Of a stretch of 64,000 nucleotides of DNA, positions 51,610-62,233 are shown piece after piece; the first letter of the stretch is position 1; every line of letters begins with the position of its first letter. Source of the stretch: an uncultured Bdellovibrionales bacterium. Its GTDB lineage: Bacteria > Bdellovibrionota_C > UBA2361 > J135. The DNA is taken from contig CAZFXN010000008.1 of assembly GCA_964523015.1 (NCBI GenBank), forward strand, positions 708 to 64,707. The letters are read 5' to 3'. The position numbers and the translations under genes are program-made. Under the pieces are notes generated by a model. The model saw only the letters and a list, made by a program, of their open reading frames with translations. It was not told the origin of the DNA and searched no databases.

Positions 51610-53079
51610 ATGAAAGTCGACATGGTAATGCCGCAGATGGGAGAATCAATTACTGAAGCAACCATCGTAAAATGGTTAAAACAACCCGGCGATTCTATTC
51701 AAAAAGATGAAATAATTTTAGAAATCTCAACTGACAAAGTTGACTCAGAGATCCCTGCTCCATCAGCCGGCGTACTCGTTGAATTACTTTTCAAAGAGGG
51801 AGATGTTGTACCTGTTAAGCAAAAGATCGCGGTAATTGATTCGGATGCTTCGGGAGCGGTAGCTGTGCCAGTTCAGGCAACTCCATCTCAATCTGCTCCT
51901 CAATCTGCTCCTCAATCTGCTCCTCAAGCAGCACCGCAATCAGCACCGCAATCACCCCCAGTACCAACTCCAAATCACCCTAGTCATACGAATGGTCATA
52001 GTGCTGATCATGATTCTGATAAATTTTCCGACAAATTTTTCTCTCCTTTAGTTAAAGGTTTAGCTGAGCAACATGGCATACCTCTTTCTGAACTTGAAAA
52101 GATACCTGGTACTGGTCATGGTGGACGACTTACAAAAGAGGATTTCTTCAGTTACGCAGGATCTCGCGGTAGTAGTAGCGGCAGCGGTAGTGGTGCTTCA
52201 CTAGGCGGAATGTCTGCCGGTGGAGGATCTGTTGCGATGATGACAGCCTCTCCTGCTCCAGTTTCTGCACCAGTTTCTGCACCAGCTTCTACTCCAGTAT
52301 CAGCTCCTTCCCCAGCTACTTCTTCAGCACAGACTTCCACTAAGCAAGACTCAACTCCGATTGGTAGCTGGAGCGCTGAAGGTACCAAAGTTGTTGTCAT
52401 GGACAACATGCGACAAGCGATTGCTGACCATATGGTCATGTCAAAACGCACGAGTCCTCACGTTTACTCAGTAACTGAAGTTGACGTAACAAACATCTCT
52501 AAGTGTCGCGCAAAAAATCAGAAAGCATTTTTAGATAAAGAGGGTGTTAAGCTTAGCTTTACCCCTTTCTTTTTAGATGCTGCGGTTCGTGCCCTTGTTC
52601 AATTCCCTGAAGTTAACGCTTCAGTTGATGGGAAAAAAGTAATTCTTAAAAGAAATGTAAATCTTGGTTGTGCCGTGGCCCTTGGCACTAAGGGACTTAT
52701 CGTTCCGGTAATTAAACGTGCTGAAGAGCGAAACTTTGTAGGCATTGCCCGCGGTCTTACCGAACTAGCTGATAAGGCTCGTACAAAGAAACTTTCACCA
52801 GATGATGTACGTGGTGGTACATTTACCGTTACTAATCCAGGGGTCTTTGGAACAGTGATCGGTTATCCGATTATTAATCAACCGCAAATTGCGATCCTAA
52901 GTCTCGGTGCAATTAAAAAACGTCCAATGGTTATCAATGATGCCATTGCAATTAGAGAGATGTGTTATCTTACTCTTTCTTACGATCATCGAGTAGTTGA
53001 TGGATCCCTTGGTGGCTCATTCCTTGCCTTTATTCGTGAGTACCTTGAGTCTTGGGACGTTGAAAAGAGTCTATATTAA
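51610..53079 (+). CDS. Dihydrolipoamide acyltransferase (E2) with one lipoyl domain, Ala/Pro linker and catalytic domain
   Basis: Lipoyl-lysine motif (EISTDKVDSEIP), (SAPQ)n linker, and C-terminal catalytic DHRVVDG. Confidence 0.9.
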   Translation: MKVDMVMPQMGESITEATIVKWLKQPGDSIQKDEIILEISTDKVDSEIPAPSAGVLVELLFKEGDVVPVKQKIAVIDSDASGAVAVPVQATPSQSAPQSAPQSAPQAAPQSAPQSPPVPTPNHPSHTNGHSADHDSDKFSDKFFSPLVKGLAEQHGIPLSELEKIPGTGHGGRLTKEDFFSYAGSRGSSSGSGSGASLGGMSAGGGSVAMMTASPAPVSAPVSAPASTPVSAPSPATSSAQTSTKQDSTPIGSWSAEGTKVVVMDNMRQAIADHMVMSKRTSPHVYSVTEVDVTNISKCRAKNQKAFLDKEGVKLSFTPFFLDAAVRALVQFPEVNASVDGKKVILKRNVNLGCAVALGTKGLIVPVIKRAEERNFVGIARGLTELADKARTKKLSPDDVRGGTFTVTNPGVFGTVIGYPIINQPQIAILSLGAIKKRPMVINDAIAIREMCYLTLSYDHRVVDGSLGGSFLAFIREYLESWDVEKSLY

Positions 53080-53080
53080 A

Positions 53081-53107
53081 CTAACAGCACTAACAGCACT
53101 AACAGCA
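53081..53107. repeat. 9-bp tandem repeat CTAACAGCA x3 between E2 stop and rsmD start
   Basis: Seen directly. Confidence 0.7.
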
Positions 53108-53108
53108 T

Positions 53109-53657
53109 ATGAGAGTAATTGGAGGAACGGCACGAGGTAGGTCACTTTTGGCTGTTCCTGGCGATACGACTCGTCCTATTTTAGATCGCGTAAAAAAACC
53201 ACTGTTCGATATTCTTCGCCCACAAATAACTGAAATGGTCGTCCTTGATTTATTTGCTGGTAGCGGATCCGTTGGCATAGAGGCACTGAGCGAAGGCGCT
53301 TCCTTTTGTACCTTTGTAGACTTAGAACCAAAAGCTGTTTCAGTAATAAAAAAGAACATTGAAAACACTGATTTCTCTAAACAATCTGAAGTCTTTAACT
53401 CTGATGCATTTCAATTTTTAAGACGCGCTAAAAAAACTTATGATCTTATTTATGTTGCGCCACCTCAATATAAAGGAATTTGGATTGAGGCTCTCCGTGC
53501 AATCTCTGAGAGATCTCACCTCCTTTCAAACACTGGCTTAGTAATTGCTCAAATCGATCCTAAAGAATATGAGAAATTAAATTTTTCAACTTTTACAGAA
53601 GTTTCAGCACGCAAGTACGGAAAAACTCTCCTTCTTTTCTTTCAGAAGAATTCGTAA
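53109..53657 (+). CDS. rsmD: 16S rRNA (guanine966-N2)-methyltransferase RsmD
   Basis: MRVIGGTARGR...LDLFAGSGSVGIEALSEGA is the RsmD signature. ~182 aa. Confidence 0.85.
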   Translation: MRVIGGTARGRSLLAVPGDTTRPILDRVKKPLFDILRPQITEMVVLDLFAGSGSVGIEALSEGASFCTFVDLEPKAVSVIKKNIENTDFSKQSEVFNSDAFQFLRRAKKTYDLIYVAPPQYKGIWIEALRAISERSHLLSNTGLVIAQIDPKEYEKLNFSTFTEVSARKYGKTLLLFFQKNS

Positions 53658-53800
53658 CTAATCTTAAATTTAATTTTCAAAAAAGAATTTTCACCTCTGC
53701 TTTGAATAAGGTGAAATAATGATCATCTAATAATCAGCTTATAATTTACTAATTAAAGGGGAGTAAAAAGAGCACCATTAACTTACTTGCTAATTTAACT

Positions 53801-54049
53801 GTGCTTTTGGAGATATTTATGAACATAGAACTAGCAAATGCCCTTAAATCCACCAACCTTGTTGATTATATATCAAGATTAGACCTAAAAGATGGTCGAT
53901 CTTATGAAGGAACTATAACTGTATACGATGAAAACTGCGGTTCAGTCAGACTTATAGGCAGTGAAGAGATTCGTTGCTTGGATATCAAGGTCAATCACAT
54001 AGATAATCTTGAAGTTCTCGGCCGTCGACAGGTCGAGTGGTCGCTATAA
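53801..54049 (+). CDS. Small hypothetical protein
   Basis: ORF only. The start is uncertain (an internal ATG at 53819 is possible). Confidence 0.3.
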   Translation: MLLEIFMNIELANALKSTNLVDYISRLDLKDGRSYEGTITVYDENCGSVRLIGSEEIRCLDIKVNHIDNLEVLGRRQVEWSL

Positions 54050-54122
54050 CTAGCTTGGGTACGCTGCCTAAGCTTACACAGTCACATGGGGACGCTACCT
54101 AGACGCCGTCCCCAACTACCAA

Positions 54123-54473
54123 CTACCCGACAATAAACAAGACATCAGAGATCAAATCTTCACCTAGGAATTTATTAAGACGATTGATTATAACTTTTTT
54201 ATGAAAGCTCAACTCTTGAGACCAGGTAGAGTCCTGAGCTCTAACAACAAGGGTTTTGTTTTTTATGTACTCTGGTTTGGATCTCTTGGCGATATCCTCT
54301 CCCACTATCTCAGCCCAATGAAGTACAAACTGGTATTTGTTTAACTTATCGCGAAGGCCAAAACGTCCAAGAGCCATCTCTAATACTTTCTGAATTTTCT
54401 CCGGGGATTTTTTATGGACCGGTCTCTCTGGTGGCGGTCGTCTGTGTCGAAATGAAGTATTAATGTCCCTCAT
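54123..54473 (-). CDS. DUF721/DciA-like protein
   Basis: Size and conserved pattern (...LVVRAQDSTWSQELSFHKKVIINRLN...) typical of DUF721. Confidence 0.55.
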   Translation of the reverse strand: MRDINTSFRHRRPPPERPVHKKSPEKIQKVLEMALGRFGLRDKLNKYQFVLHWAEIVGEDIAKRSKPEYIKNKTLVVRAQDSTWSQELSFHKKVIINRLNKFLGEDLISDVLFIVG

Positions 54474-54766
54474 TTATTTTGAGCTCCACTTGGCTGTTCC
54501 TCAAAAAAGAAGATCTGCTCATTAGCACGAGCCATTCCTAAATGTTCACGTGCTGCTTTCTCTAAAACTCGATCATCTTTCTCTAGTTCATAAACTTCAC
54601 GACGAAGAGAATCAACGTATTCTTGGCGGTCGGTATTCCTCTGATCCTGTCGCCCCAAGCTCTCTCTAAGAGCAGTCAGATGTGAGTACCCTCCCTCTCC
54701 AAAGATAGAGACTACGGCCAGTACTAGAAAAAAAACAATTATGGCAAATGGAATAACGCCTTTCAT
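54470..54766 (-). CDS. ftsB: Septum formation initiator FtsB/DivIC-like
   Basis: N-terminal TM, coiled coil, and conserved ...REHLGMARANEQIFFF... C-terminal region. Divergent from eno, as commonly seen. Confidence 0.7.
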   Translation of the reverse strand: MKGVIPFAIIVFFLVLAVVSIFGEGGYSHLTALRESLGRQDQRNTDRQEYVDSLRREVYELEKDDRVLEKAAREHLGMARANEQIFFFEEQPSGAQNK

Positions 54767-54878
54767 GACCGGATAATACCTCCAAATAACCGAAAGGTCG
54801 ATACCAAAGCAGTACCTCTAAGTAACTTTGACATTAGTATGGGGCTCAATCTACAATCCGCACGATAACGATAAGAAA

Positions 54879-54920
54879 AGATAAATAAGAGAAGATAAAT
54901 AAGAGAAGATAAACAGGAGA
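54879..54920. repeat. 14-bp tandem repeat (AGATAAATAAGAGA x2 plus a degenerate third copy carrying AGGAGA) ending 7 bp before the eno start
   Basis: Seen directly. The last unit provides the Shine-Dalgarno for eno. Confidence 0.6.
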
Positions 54921-54927
54921 AGATCCG

Positions 54928-56214
54928 ATGTCATCCTCAAGTAAAATAAAAAAAATCCTTGCCTTTGAATGCCTTGATTCTCGAGGTAACCCAACTGTCT
55001 ATGCAGAGATTCACCTTGAAGACGGAACAGTGGGATCGGCAATGGTTCCTTCCGGTGCATCAACTGGTGAGCACGAAGCTTTAGAGCTTAGAGATGGTGG
55101 AGCAAGATATCTTGGAAAAGGAACAACTAATGCAATTAAAAATATTCTAGAAAAGATCGCGCCTATCCTAATTGGTCGTGATGTCCTCGATTTTCATGCA
55201 CTAGATAGAGCGATGATTGATCTTGATGGCAGCCCTAATAAAAAAAATCTCGGAGCAAATGCTATTTTAGGTGTCAGTCTAGCCGCAATACATGCTGGTG
55301 CAAACTTTAAAAAAGTTCCTCTCTTTCAACACTTAGGTGGACAGCAAGCAACGATGCTGCCTGTCCCAATGGTTAACGTAATTAACGGTGGTGCTCACGC
55401 CGATAACTCACTTGATTTTCAAGAATTTATGTTGGTACCACATTCATTTAAAAACTTCTCTGATTCACTAAGAGCATCGACAGAGGTCTTTCATACCCTT
55501 AAGAAAAGCTTAGTAAAGAAAGGATATTCAACCGGTCTTGGCGATGAAGGAGGATTTGCCCCTAGTTTAAAGTCATTTGATGAAGCATTAGATCTACTAA
55601 TGAGCGCGATTAACACAGCTGGCTATCAACCCGGCAAAGATATTTCTATTGCTTTAGATGTAGCTGCAAGCGAATTATATAATGATGAGGAGAAATGCTA
55701 CATCCTTAAAAAAAGTAGTGGAGATAAGTTAAGTGCAGATGATCTGATCTCACTCTATGATGATTGGTCAAAGAAATATCCACTTGTAAGTATTGAAGAC
55801 GGCCTTGATGAAAATGACTGGGCTGGATGGAAATCATTAACTAAAAAACTTGGAGACAAGCTACAACTAGTTGGCGATGATCTTTTTGTAACAGACAAAA
55901 AGCACTTATCCCGTGGAATCGATGAGAATGTAGGGAATTCAATTTTAGTTAAACTAAATCAGATTGGCTCTGTGACTGAAACATTAGATACAATTAATCT
56001 TGCTTTTAAAAATAACTATACAACTGTGATTTCTCACCGCTCGGGTGAAACTGAGGATACAACTATTGCCGATCTTGCCGTAGCGGTTAGTGCTGGACAG
56101 ATTAAAACTGGGTCCGTTTGTCGTGGCGAACGTACCGCCAAATATAATCGACTTCTCTGGATTGAAAACTTCCTTGGAAAGAACGCAACAATTACAAACC
56201 CATTTGGAAGCTAA
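54928..56214 (+). CDS. eno: Enolase (phosphopyruvate hydratase)
   Basis: [16 protein letters not shown] and full-length conservation. 428 aa. Confidence 0.95.
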   Translation: MSSSSKIKKILAFECLDSRGNPTVYAEIHLEDGTVGSAMVPSGASTGEHEALELRDGGARYLGKGTTNAIKNILEKIAPILIGRDVLDFHALDRAMIDLDGSPNKKNLGANAILGVSLAAIHAGANFKKVPLFQHLGGQQATMLPVPMVNVINGGAHADNSLDFQEFMLVPHSFKNFSDSLRASTEVFHTLKKSLVKKGYSTGLGDEGGFAPSLKSFDEALDLLMSAINTAGYQPGKDISIALDVAASELYNDEEKCYILKKSSGDKLSADDLISLYDDWSKKYPLVSIEDGLDENDWAGWKSLTKKLGDKLQLVGDDLFVTDKKHLSRGIDENVGNSILVKLNQIGSVTETLDTINLAFKNNYTTVISHRSGETEDTTIADLAVAVSAGQIKTGSVCRGERTAKYNRLLWIENFLGKNATITNPFGS

Positions 56215-57798
56215 ATGTCAGCCAAACCGTCGCATCTCCCGTCGCATCTCTGGATTCAGAGCTTACTTGTCGGAGTTAGTACTGCTTTAGCTTTTCTGCT
56301 TCCTGAAACTATCCAGGCAGTCCTTTTAGGTTGGTTGTCTGTCGTTTTAATTGCACGGTTAGCTAGAATCTCGAATAACTCTTATAAATTTATCTACCTT
56401 TCAATTGTCATCGCCCATGCTATCGGTTTTTATTGGTTGATAGATACGATCTCTATTTTCGGCAATTTTCCTTACTGGGCAGCTTGCCTTATCTATATAC
56501 TTTTTACGCTTACCAATTCACTTTACATATTGGTCGTTCCCTTTCTACTTAGAAACTTACCAACAAAACTAAATAGCTATTTTCTTACATTACCTATCGC
56601 CTGGACTATTGCTGAATTTTTATCAATTAGAATTTTTCCTTGGCACTATGCTCACACTCAATTAGCCTTTCTACAATTTGTTCAGATCGCTGATATTGCT
56701 GGGGCACTCTTAGTTACCTTCTTACTTTTCTGGGTAGGAAGTTTAGTTGAGAGCTTTTTTAATTTTAGTGGCGCACGAGATCATGGAGAAAAATCCTCGA
56801 GAAAGACACTACTTAATTTAAGCCCCCCCGTCTTATTTCCCATCATATTTCTCGTTTTAACCCTTATTTACGGTCAATTTCAGATAAATTACTTCTCGAA
56901 CTCTGATAGCCCAAGTCATAAAGTTGTAGTTGTGCAGGGCAATATTCCGATAGGAGATAAGCACTCAAGCAGTTTATTCCGTGAAAACATTGAAACTTAC
57001 AAATCTCTCGGCAGTGCATATGAAGAAAAAGACAATTTAATTATCTGGCCAGAAACTGTAGTCATGGCCGCCCTACCCTCTAATTTCTCAAAACCTAGAC
57101 CACTTCCCTTTCTCTCTCCAACTCCAAAATGGCTAGTTGGATCTTTAACAAGTGATATGAAGGGAAATTTATTCAACAGTGCAATTGCAGTTAATGAAGG
57201 CTCTCTTGCTTTTGATGTTTATCATAAACTTATCTTAATGCCATTTGGTGAGTACGTTCCATTTTCAAAAAGTTTTCCCTGGTTATTAGAGTTAGCTCAT
57301 ATGGAGGGGGAAATTACTCCTGGAGAAGGGGTAAATGTCTTAACTTATCCTGAAACCACCACTACACCTGAATTAAATATCGCTACCCTTGTTTGCTATG
57401 AAGATATAGTTTCAGATCTAGCGCGAAACTCTGTACTTAAAGGAGCGGATCTTTTGGTGAATATTACTAATGATGCCTGGTTTGGGGAAACAGTGGCTCC
57501 CTATCAGCATAACTTGCTGGCTGTTTTTCGCTCGATTGAAAATCGAAGATATTTAATCAGAGCTGCCAATACTGGGGTAAGCTCGATTATAGATCCCACT
57601 GGCAAAACAGCGTCTCAACTTAGAGCCTTCTCTCAGGGGGTTTTATCTTCTGAGATAACGCCACGTTATGAACTCTCTATTTATACTAAATATCTAGGGG
57701 ATTTGCCGTGGTGGATCCTATCAATCCTCTCTTTGAGCTATGCAATTTGGACGGCCTTCAAAGAGAAATCACTAGCACGAGTTAGAAATGAAAAGTAG
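56215..57798 (+). CDS. lnt: Apolipoprotein N-acyltransferase
   Basis: N-terminal polytopic membrane domain plus C-terminal CN-hydrolase domain. 527 aa. Start abuts the eno stop. Confidence 0.85.
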   Translation: MSAKPSHLPSHLWIQSLLVGVSTALAFLLPETIQAVLLGWLSVVLIARLARISNNSYKFIYLSIVIAHAIGFYWLIDTISIFGNFPYWAACLIYILFTLTNSLYILVVPFLLRNLPTKLNSYFLTLPIAWTIAEFLSIRIFPWHYAHTQLAFLQFVQIADIAGALLVTFLLFWVGSLVESFFNFSGARDHGEKSSRKTLLNLSPPVLFPIIFLVLTLIYGQFQINYFSNSDSPSHKVVVVQGNIPIGDKHSSSLFRENIETYKSLGSAYEEKDNLIIWPETVVMAALPSNFSKPRPLPFLSPTPKWLVGSLTSDMKGNLFNSAIAVNEGSLAFDVYHKLILMPFGEYVPFSKSFPWLLELAHMEGEITPGEGVNVLTYPETTTTPELNIATLVCYEDIVSDLARNSVLKGADLLVNITNDAWFGETVAPYQHNLLAVFRSIENRRYLIRAANTGVSSIIDPTGKTASQLRAFSQGVLSSEITPRYELSIYTKYLGDLPWWILSILSLSYAIWTAFKEKSLARVRNEK

Positions 57799-57842
57799 TA
57801 TCAAACAACGAAATAGAAAAGTTTTTGCGAGGCAGTAATAGT

Positions 57843-58529
57843 ATGAGATTTGTTCTAAGTGCAATTTTTATTATCACAACCGTAGGGTGCAGTGTTCCAA
57901 ATGAAGGAAGTGATAAAACAGTCATTAGCTCTACCATGGGTGCTGGAATAGGTGCCGGAGCTGGAGCAATCGTTGGTAACCAGGTAGGCAACGTTGGTGC
58001 AGGTGCAGGAATTGGTGCTGCCGCTGGGCTTCTGAGTGGATTTTCATCAGGTCTAATGTTTGACACTGTTGAAAAGAGGATGATCTCTCAAAATCGTGAG
58101 CTTGATATCTTGCGAGTACAAAATGATTCAAACACTCATCAGCTTGCTCGCTTACAATCAAAACTTGATCAAGCCCTTTCCTCAGATATCTTTGGTGGAA
58201 TGTATCAGGTATTTTTTGATGTTGATGTAACAGAACTAAAAGTAGGATCACTTGCTAACTTGGACGCAATAGCAAATTCAATAAAGGCTAGCCCCTATGC
58301 TTACAAGGTAAATGTTCTTGGCCATAGTGATGATGCCGGGAATCCAGAATATAACGATCGATTAGCAGAATCACGCGCTCGCAGTGTTGCTGCATCATTG
58401 GCCGCAAAAGGACTGGCTGCTGATCAGATTGAAATATCTAGCTTTGGTGCAAAACGCCCAATTGCATCTAATATCACAGAGACCGGACGTCAATTAAACC
58501 GCCGCGTTGATATATTTATTACTCATTGA
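57843..58529 (+). CDS. OmpA-family lipoprotein with glycine-zipper segment and C-terminal OmpA-like peptidoglycan-binding domain
   Basis: Lipoprotein-like signal (IITTVGCS), glycine zipper (GAGIGAGAGAIVGN...), and OmpA_C motif (NRRVDIFI). The ATG at 57843 is preferred over the TTG at 57825 given by the track. Confidence 0.85.
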   Translation: MRFVLSAIFIITTVGCSVPNEGSDKTVISSTMGAGIGAGAGAIVGNQVGNVGAGAGIGAAAGLLSGFSSGLMFDTVEKRMISQNRELDILRVQNDSNTHQLARLQSKLDQALSSDIFGGMYQVFFDVDVTELKVGSLANLDAIANSIKASPYAYKVNVLGHSDDAGNPEYNDRLAESRARSVAASLAAKGLAADQIEISSFGAKRPIASNITETGRQLNRRVDIFITH

Positions 58530-58543
58530 GATATCGGGAGTGA

Positions 58544-58873
58544 TTAGGCAGCTTTCGATGTTGGCTTCCGAATTCCTTTATTCTTTTTAGTTCTTCGTCT
58601 AATCGTCAACTCAAAACCGAGCTTATCGAGAATTGTTGTAATACTAGATAGCCGCGGATTCCCCCTCTTTGAAAGCATACTATATAGATTCTCTCTATTT
58701 AATTTAGTGGTTTTAGATAACGCTCCCACTCCACCTTGCGCTTCAACAACATCACGAACTGCCAACAAAAATACCTGATCACCCTCTTCCACAGCAGAAG
58801 CAAGATACTCTGCTGCAAAATCAAGATCCTTCAGTTCTTCAAATAAGAGGGCCTTATATTCAATAATGGGCAT
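58544..58873 (-). CDS. Addiction-module antidote protein (HTH, HigA-like; TIGR02684-type)
   Basis: Pattern ...AAEYLASAVEEGD...LLAVRDVVEAQGGVGALSKTT...LYSMLSKRGNPRLSSITTILDKLGFEL is typical of this antidote family. Overlaps the upstream toxin by 14 bp. Confidence 0.75.
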   Translation of the reverse strand: MPIIEYKALLFEELKDLDFAAEYLASAVEEGDQVFLLAVRDVVEAQGGVGALSKTTKLNRENLYSMLSKRGNPRLSSITTILDKLGFELTIRRRTKKNKGIRKPTSKAA

Positions 58874-59213
58874 AGTTTCTTTCCTTTTTAAAACTGCTGA
58901 AATATTTATTAGCAGTACGTATATCTAGCCTTTGAGTCTTCTTATCTCCTCCAATTAGAATCAGAATTTCCTTAACTCTAATTTCCGCAAAATAGATCCT
59001 ATAACCTGGGCCGTAATCAATCTTCATTTCAAAAACTCCTCCTCCAACAGATCTACGATTTCCCAGATTTCCAAGTCGTACCCTACCAAGCCGAACCAAG
59101 ATCTTTGCCTTTGCTCTTTCATCTCTGAGTTTAGACAACCAAATAAAAAATGGAACAATGCCCGTACTCGTTTGGTAGATCTTTAAGTTATTTTCTATTA
59201 CTTGATCACTCAT
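58860..59213 (-). CDS. Addiction-module killer protein (RelE/ParE superfamily; TIGR02683-type)
   Basis: ...FFIWLSKLRDERAKAKILVRLGRVRLGNLGNRRSVGGGVFEMKIDYGPGYRIYF...ILILIGGDKKTQ matches the family consensus. Toxin-first gene order. Confidence 0.75.
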   Translation of the reverse strand: MSDQVIENNLKIYQTSTGIVPFFIWLSKLRDERAKAKILVRLGRVRLGNLGNRRSVGGGVFEMKIDYGPGYRIYFAEIRVKEILILIGGDKKTQRLDIRTANKYFSSFKKERNYAHY

Positions 59214-59489
59214 GGATATTGTAGTTTATAAACTAATAACGGTCAACGAAGAATTAGCACCTAGAGGGAGAATACTCGTCCAAATGCCCTGTCTCATTAC
59301 AATTGCAGTGGTAGCAACATATTTTCCGTGTTTTATCCTTAAAGTTTCCTCCTATCTTCGAGAAACATCTAAAAATGTTATTCTTACTTACAGACTTTAG
59401 ACCCCCTTACTTCCCCTATCCCATTGAGCTATGTGTCTATTTCCAATATACTGAAGAAATCTGTTACTTAATTTTTTAGTGGATTTGAG

Positions 59490-60641
59490 ATGACTACTGA
59501 CGCATTTATTATCGATCATGTTCGCACGCCACGTGCTCGACGAAAGGGAAAATTTCAATCAGTTCACCCAGTCGATCTTTTGACTTATCCACTTAATAGT
59601 TTAGTTAAACGAAATAATATTGCCCCAGATAAAATTGAAGATGTAATTATGGGCTGCGTTACTCAAGTGAATGAGCAGAGCTGGTGCGTAGCTAGAGCAG
59701 GTGCCTTAGCAGCAGGTTGGCCAATCACTGTACCCGGCACTACTGTAAATCGCCTTTGTGGATCAGGGCAGCAAGCCACTAATTTTGGAGCCCAGGGAAT
59801 TATTGCCGGTAATATTAATCTTGTAGTCACTGGTGGATTAGAACACATGACAAGGGTGCCGATGTTTAGTGATTGCGGTGGAGAAACTAGCTCTTTTCTT
59901 AAGAAAAATTACCCAGATCTAGTTCATCAAGGATTATCAGCTGAAATTCTTGCTTCTGAATATAAGATCTCAAGAGCTGAATTAGATGAATTTGCTTATC
60001 AATCACACATGAAAGCAAAAAAAGCTCAGGATGAGGGACGGTTTAAGAAAAGTCTCTGTGCTGTAAATTACAAAGATGAAGCAGGACAGGAAAAAATATT
60101 AGACATGGATGATAACATTAGACCTGAAACAACTGTCACAACTCTTTCCGCATTAAAAACTGTGTTTAAAGAGGATGGTGTTATCACTGCTGGAAATGCT
60201 TCTGCGATCGTTGATGGTGCTGCTGCTATACTATTGGCAAATAGTACCACTGCAAAAGAAATGAATCTTAAACCACGAGCAAGAATTGTCTCGATGGCTG
60301 CAATCGGATCTGATCCAAAAATAATGTTAACTGGTCCTGTAGCAGCGTCCCAAAAAGCACTAAAACTTGCTGGCTTAACTGCTGATAAAATTGATGTCTG
60401 GGAAATTAACGAGGCGTTTGCGCCCGTGCCAATATTTACAATTCGTGGGCTAGAGATTGATCCATCAAAAGTAAATGTTAATGGTGGAGGTATTGCTCTT
60501 GGTCACCCTCTTGGCGCAACCGGTGCTATGCTTATTGGCACTGCACTTGATGAACTTGAGCGAACCGATAAGCGATATGGTTTGATTACAATGTGCATAG
60601 GGCTAGGTATGGGAATAGCAACTATTATAGAGAGAGCCTAA
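59490..60641 (+). CDS. Acetyl-CoA C-acetyltransferase (thiolase II)
   Basis: Active-site Cys region ([11 protein letters not shown]) and C-terminal [15 protein letters not shown] and MCIGLGMG motifs. Confidence 0.9.
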   Translation: MTTDAFIIDHVRTPRARRKGKFQSVHPVDLLTYPLNSLVKRNNIAPDKIEDVIMGCVTQVNEQSWCVARAGALAAGWPITVPGTTVNRLCGSGQQATNFGAQGIIAGNINLVVTGGLEHMTRVPMFSDCGGETSSFLKKNYPDLVHQGLSAEILASEYKISRAELDEFAYQSHMKAKKAQDEGRFKKSLCAVNYKDEAGQEKILDMDDNIRPETTVTTLSALKTVFKEDGVITAGNASAIVDGAAAILLANSTTAKEMNLKPRARIVSMAAIGSDPKIMLTGPVAASQKALKLAGLTADKIDVWEINEAFAPVPIFTIRGLEIDPSKVNVNGGGIALGHPLGATGAMLIGTALDELERTDKRYGLITMCIGLGMGIATIIERA

Positions 60642-60944
60642 AGAGCTTAAACTTTAACTAAAAATAGTTTTAAGCATATATTGATTATGTTTTTTATTAT
60701 TTTTTGTTAATTCGACCTATTGAACTATAATCTCTAGCTAAAGACACTTTTAATAACGGTAGAGCTTGTCCACTAAAGCGTAACATCTGATGGCTTTGTT
60801 TAGCTTTCCTATGTTCCGCTTCTGGTTGTTCCAGAGGTTGAATACACATCCTGCTTGACACCATTGAATCCGCGGCGCGTCGCTCCATCATCGCTCCAAT
60901 CACCCCGAACGCCTTGCTCAAAACAAGGAGAAGACAGAATTCGG

Positions 60945-62198
60945 ATGTCCATGTCCCACGCGGATCTATTGTACTCTTGGGATCCAACTCCAAGAGGAGA
61001 AACGTCTACACCTCATCGTCGTATTCAAATCGATGATGAAACTCTGCGTGACGGCCTGCAAGCCGCTTATGTGCAGAGAGCACCGACAGTAGAGGAACGC
61101 CTCCAACTGGTTCGACACATGACAAGCCTTGGGGTTGATACATTCAATGTTGGGTTGCCGGTTACCGGACCCAACGTTGCAATGATCACCGCCCTGCTCA
61201 AAGAAGTCGACGTTGAGGGTCTTCAGATCGAAGCGAACGTGGCCTGCCGCACAGTCGTTTCAGATATCGAACCAGTTGCTGGAATCGTTCAAGCAACTGG
61301 TCGTCCGGTAGAGGTCTGTGCCTTTATCGGAAGCTCCACCATCCGTCACTACGCAGAAGGATGGGATTGGCAGAGGATCCTCACCTCCATTCGAGACGCG
61401 GTCTCGTTTGGTGTCGGAGAGAAGCTCAACGTTTCTTTCGTCACCGAAGATACGGCCCGGGCACACCCGGACCGGCTCTACGAGATGTTCGATGTGGCGG
61501 TGGAGGCCGGGGCAACTCGACTGATCCTCTGTGACACTGTTGGGAGTGCAAACCCGGCAACTGTCACAAAGCTGGTCGAAAGCATCCTCAGTCTTATCGC
61601 CTGGAAGGGTTGGCATCACATCGAGATCGACTGGCATGGTCACAACGATCGCGGACTCGGTCTGATCAACGCACTGACAGCAGTAGCAGCGGGAGTGAAT
61701 CGCATTCACACCACTGCGCTCGGTGTCGGAGAGCGTGCAGGCAACGTGCCGACGGAGCTGTTCCTTGTGAACATGCTTCTGGAAAAGATGGATGGTCGAG
61801 ATCTGAAAGATCTGCCGAACTACGTTCGGTATGCTTCAGAGATCTTGGGGTTGCCGATCCCGGTCAACTATCCGGGATTCGGTTCAGGCGTGTTCACCAC
61901 TCAAACCGGTGTGCACGCTGCAGCAGTCGAGAAAGCACGAAAGACTGGGGACACCTGGTTGACCGATTCGGTCTACTCAGGTGTTCCTGCTGGAGTCATC
62001 GGTCGACGTCAAGATGTCGTAGTCGGGCCCATGTCGGGCAAGTCGAACGTCACTGGGTTCTGTGAGGCGAACGGATTGATCATCCCTTCAACTGAACAGA
62101 TCTCTGAGATCTTGGCTCGAGCGCGCTCAACTGGTCGGATCTTGAGCATGGATGAGGTTGGTTCTTTTCTGCGGGTTCCCGCCTGGGTTCATGCCTGA
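60945..62198 (+). CDS. LeuA/NifV/CimA-family alpha-ketoacid:acetyl-CoA condensing enzyme (short form, HMGL-like TIM barrel) encoded in a GC-rich island
   Basis: LRDGLQA...HxHNDRG...GVGERAGN motifs of the DRE-TIM/HMGL-like family. GC content jumps to well above 50% only across this gene. Start chosen at ATG 60945 (AAGGAG upstream); the track start at 60855 is a longer GC-region ORF extension. Confidence 0.75.
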   Translation: MSMSHADLLYSWDPTPRGETSTPHRRIQIDDETLRDGLQAAYVQRAPTVEERLQLVRHMTSLGVDTFNVGLPVTGPNVAMITALLKEVDVEGLQIEANVACRTVVSDIEPVAGIVQATGRPVEVCAFIGSSTIRHYAEGWDWQRILTSIRDAVSFGVGEKLNVSFVTEDTARAHPDRLYEMFDVAVEAGATRLILCDTVGSANPATVTKLVESILSLIAWKGWHHIEIDWHGHNDRGLGLINALTAVAAGVNRIHTTALGVGERAGNVPTELFLVNMLLEKMDGRDLKDLPNYVRYASEILGLPIPVNYPGFGSGVFTTQTGVHAAAVEKARKTGDTWLTDSVYSGVPAGVIGRRQDVVVGPMSGKSNVTGFCEANGLIIPSTEQISEILARARSTGRILSMDEVGSFLRVPAWVHA

Positions 62199-62233
62199 CA
62201 GAAAAGATCGAAGGTTCAGCGGACAAGCCACAA

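Noticed and set aside
53099..53368. Minus-strand 89-aa ORF overlapping rsmD
   Set aside because: It sits opposite a clearly conserved RsmD CDS.
57782..58251. Minus-strand ORFs (57782-58066, 57931-58251) inside the OmpA-family gene
   Set aside because: They are antisense to the Gly-rich zipper coding region. Artefact.
60855..60944. N-terminal 30-codon extension of the LeuA-family ORF, plus ORFs 60697-60993, 61260-61709, 61318-61524 and 61610-62065
   Set aside because: GC-rich DNA generates long spurious ORFs in all frames. Only the frame with DRE-TIM motifs is supported, and the ATG at 60945 has an AAGGAG upstream.
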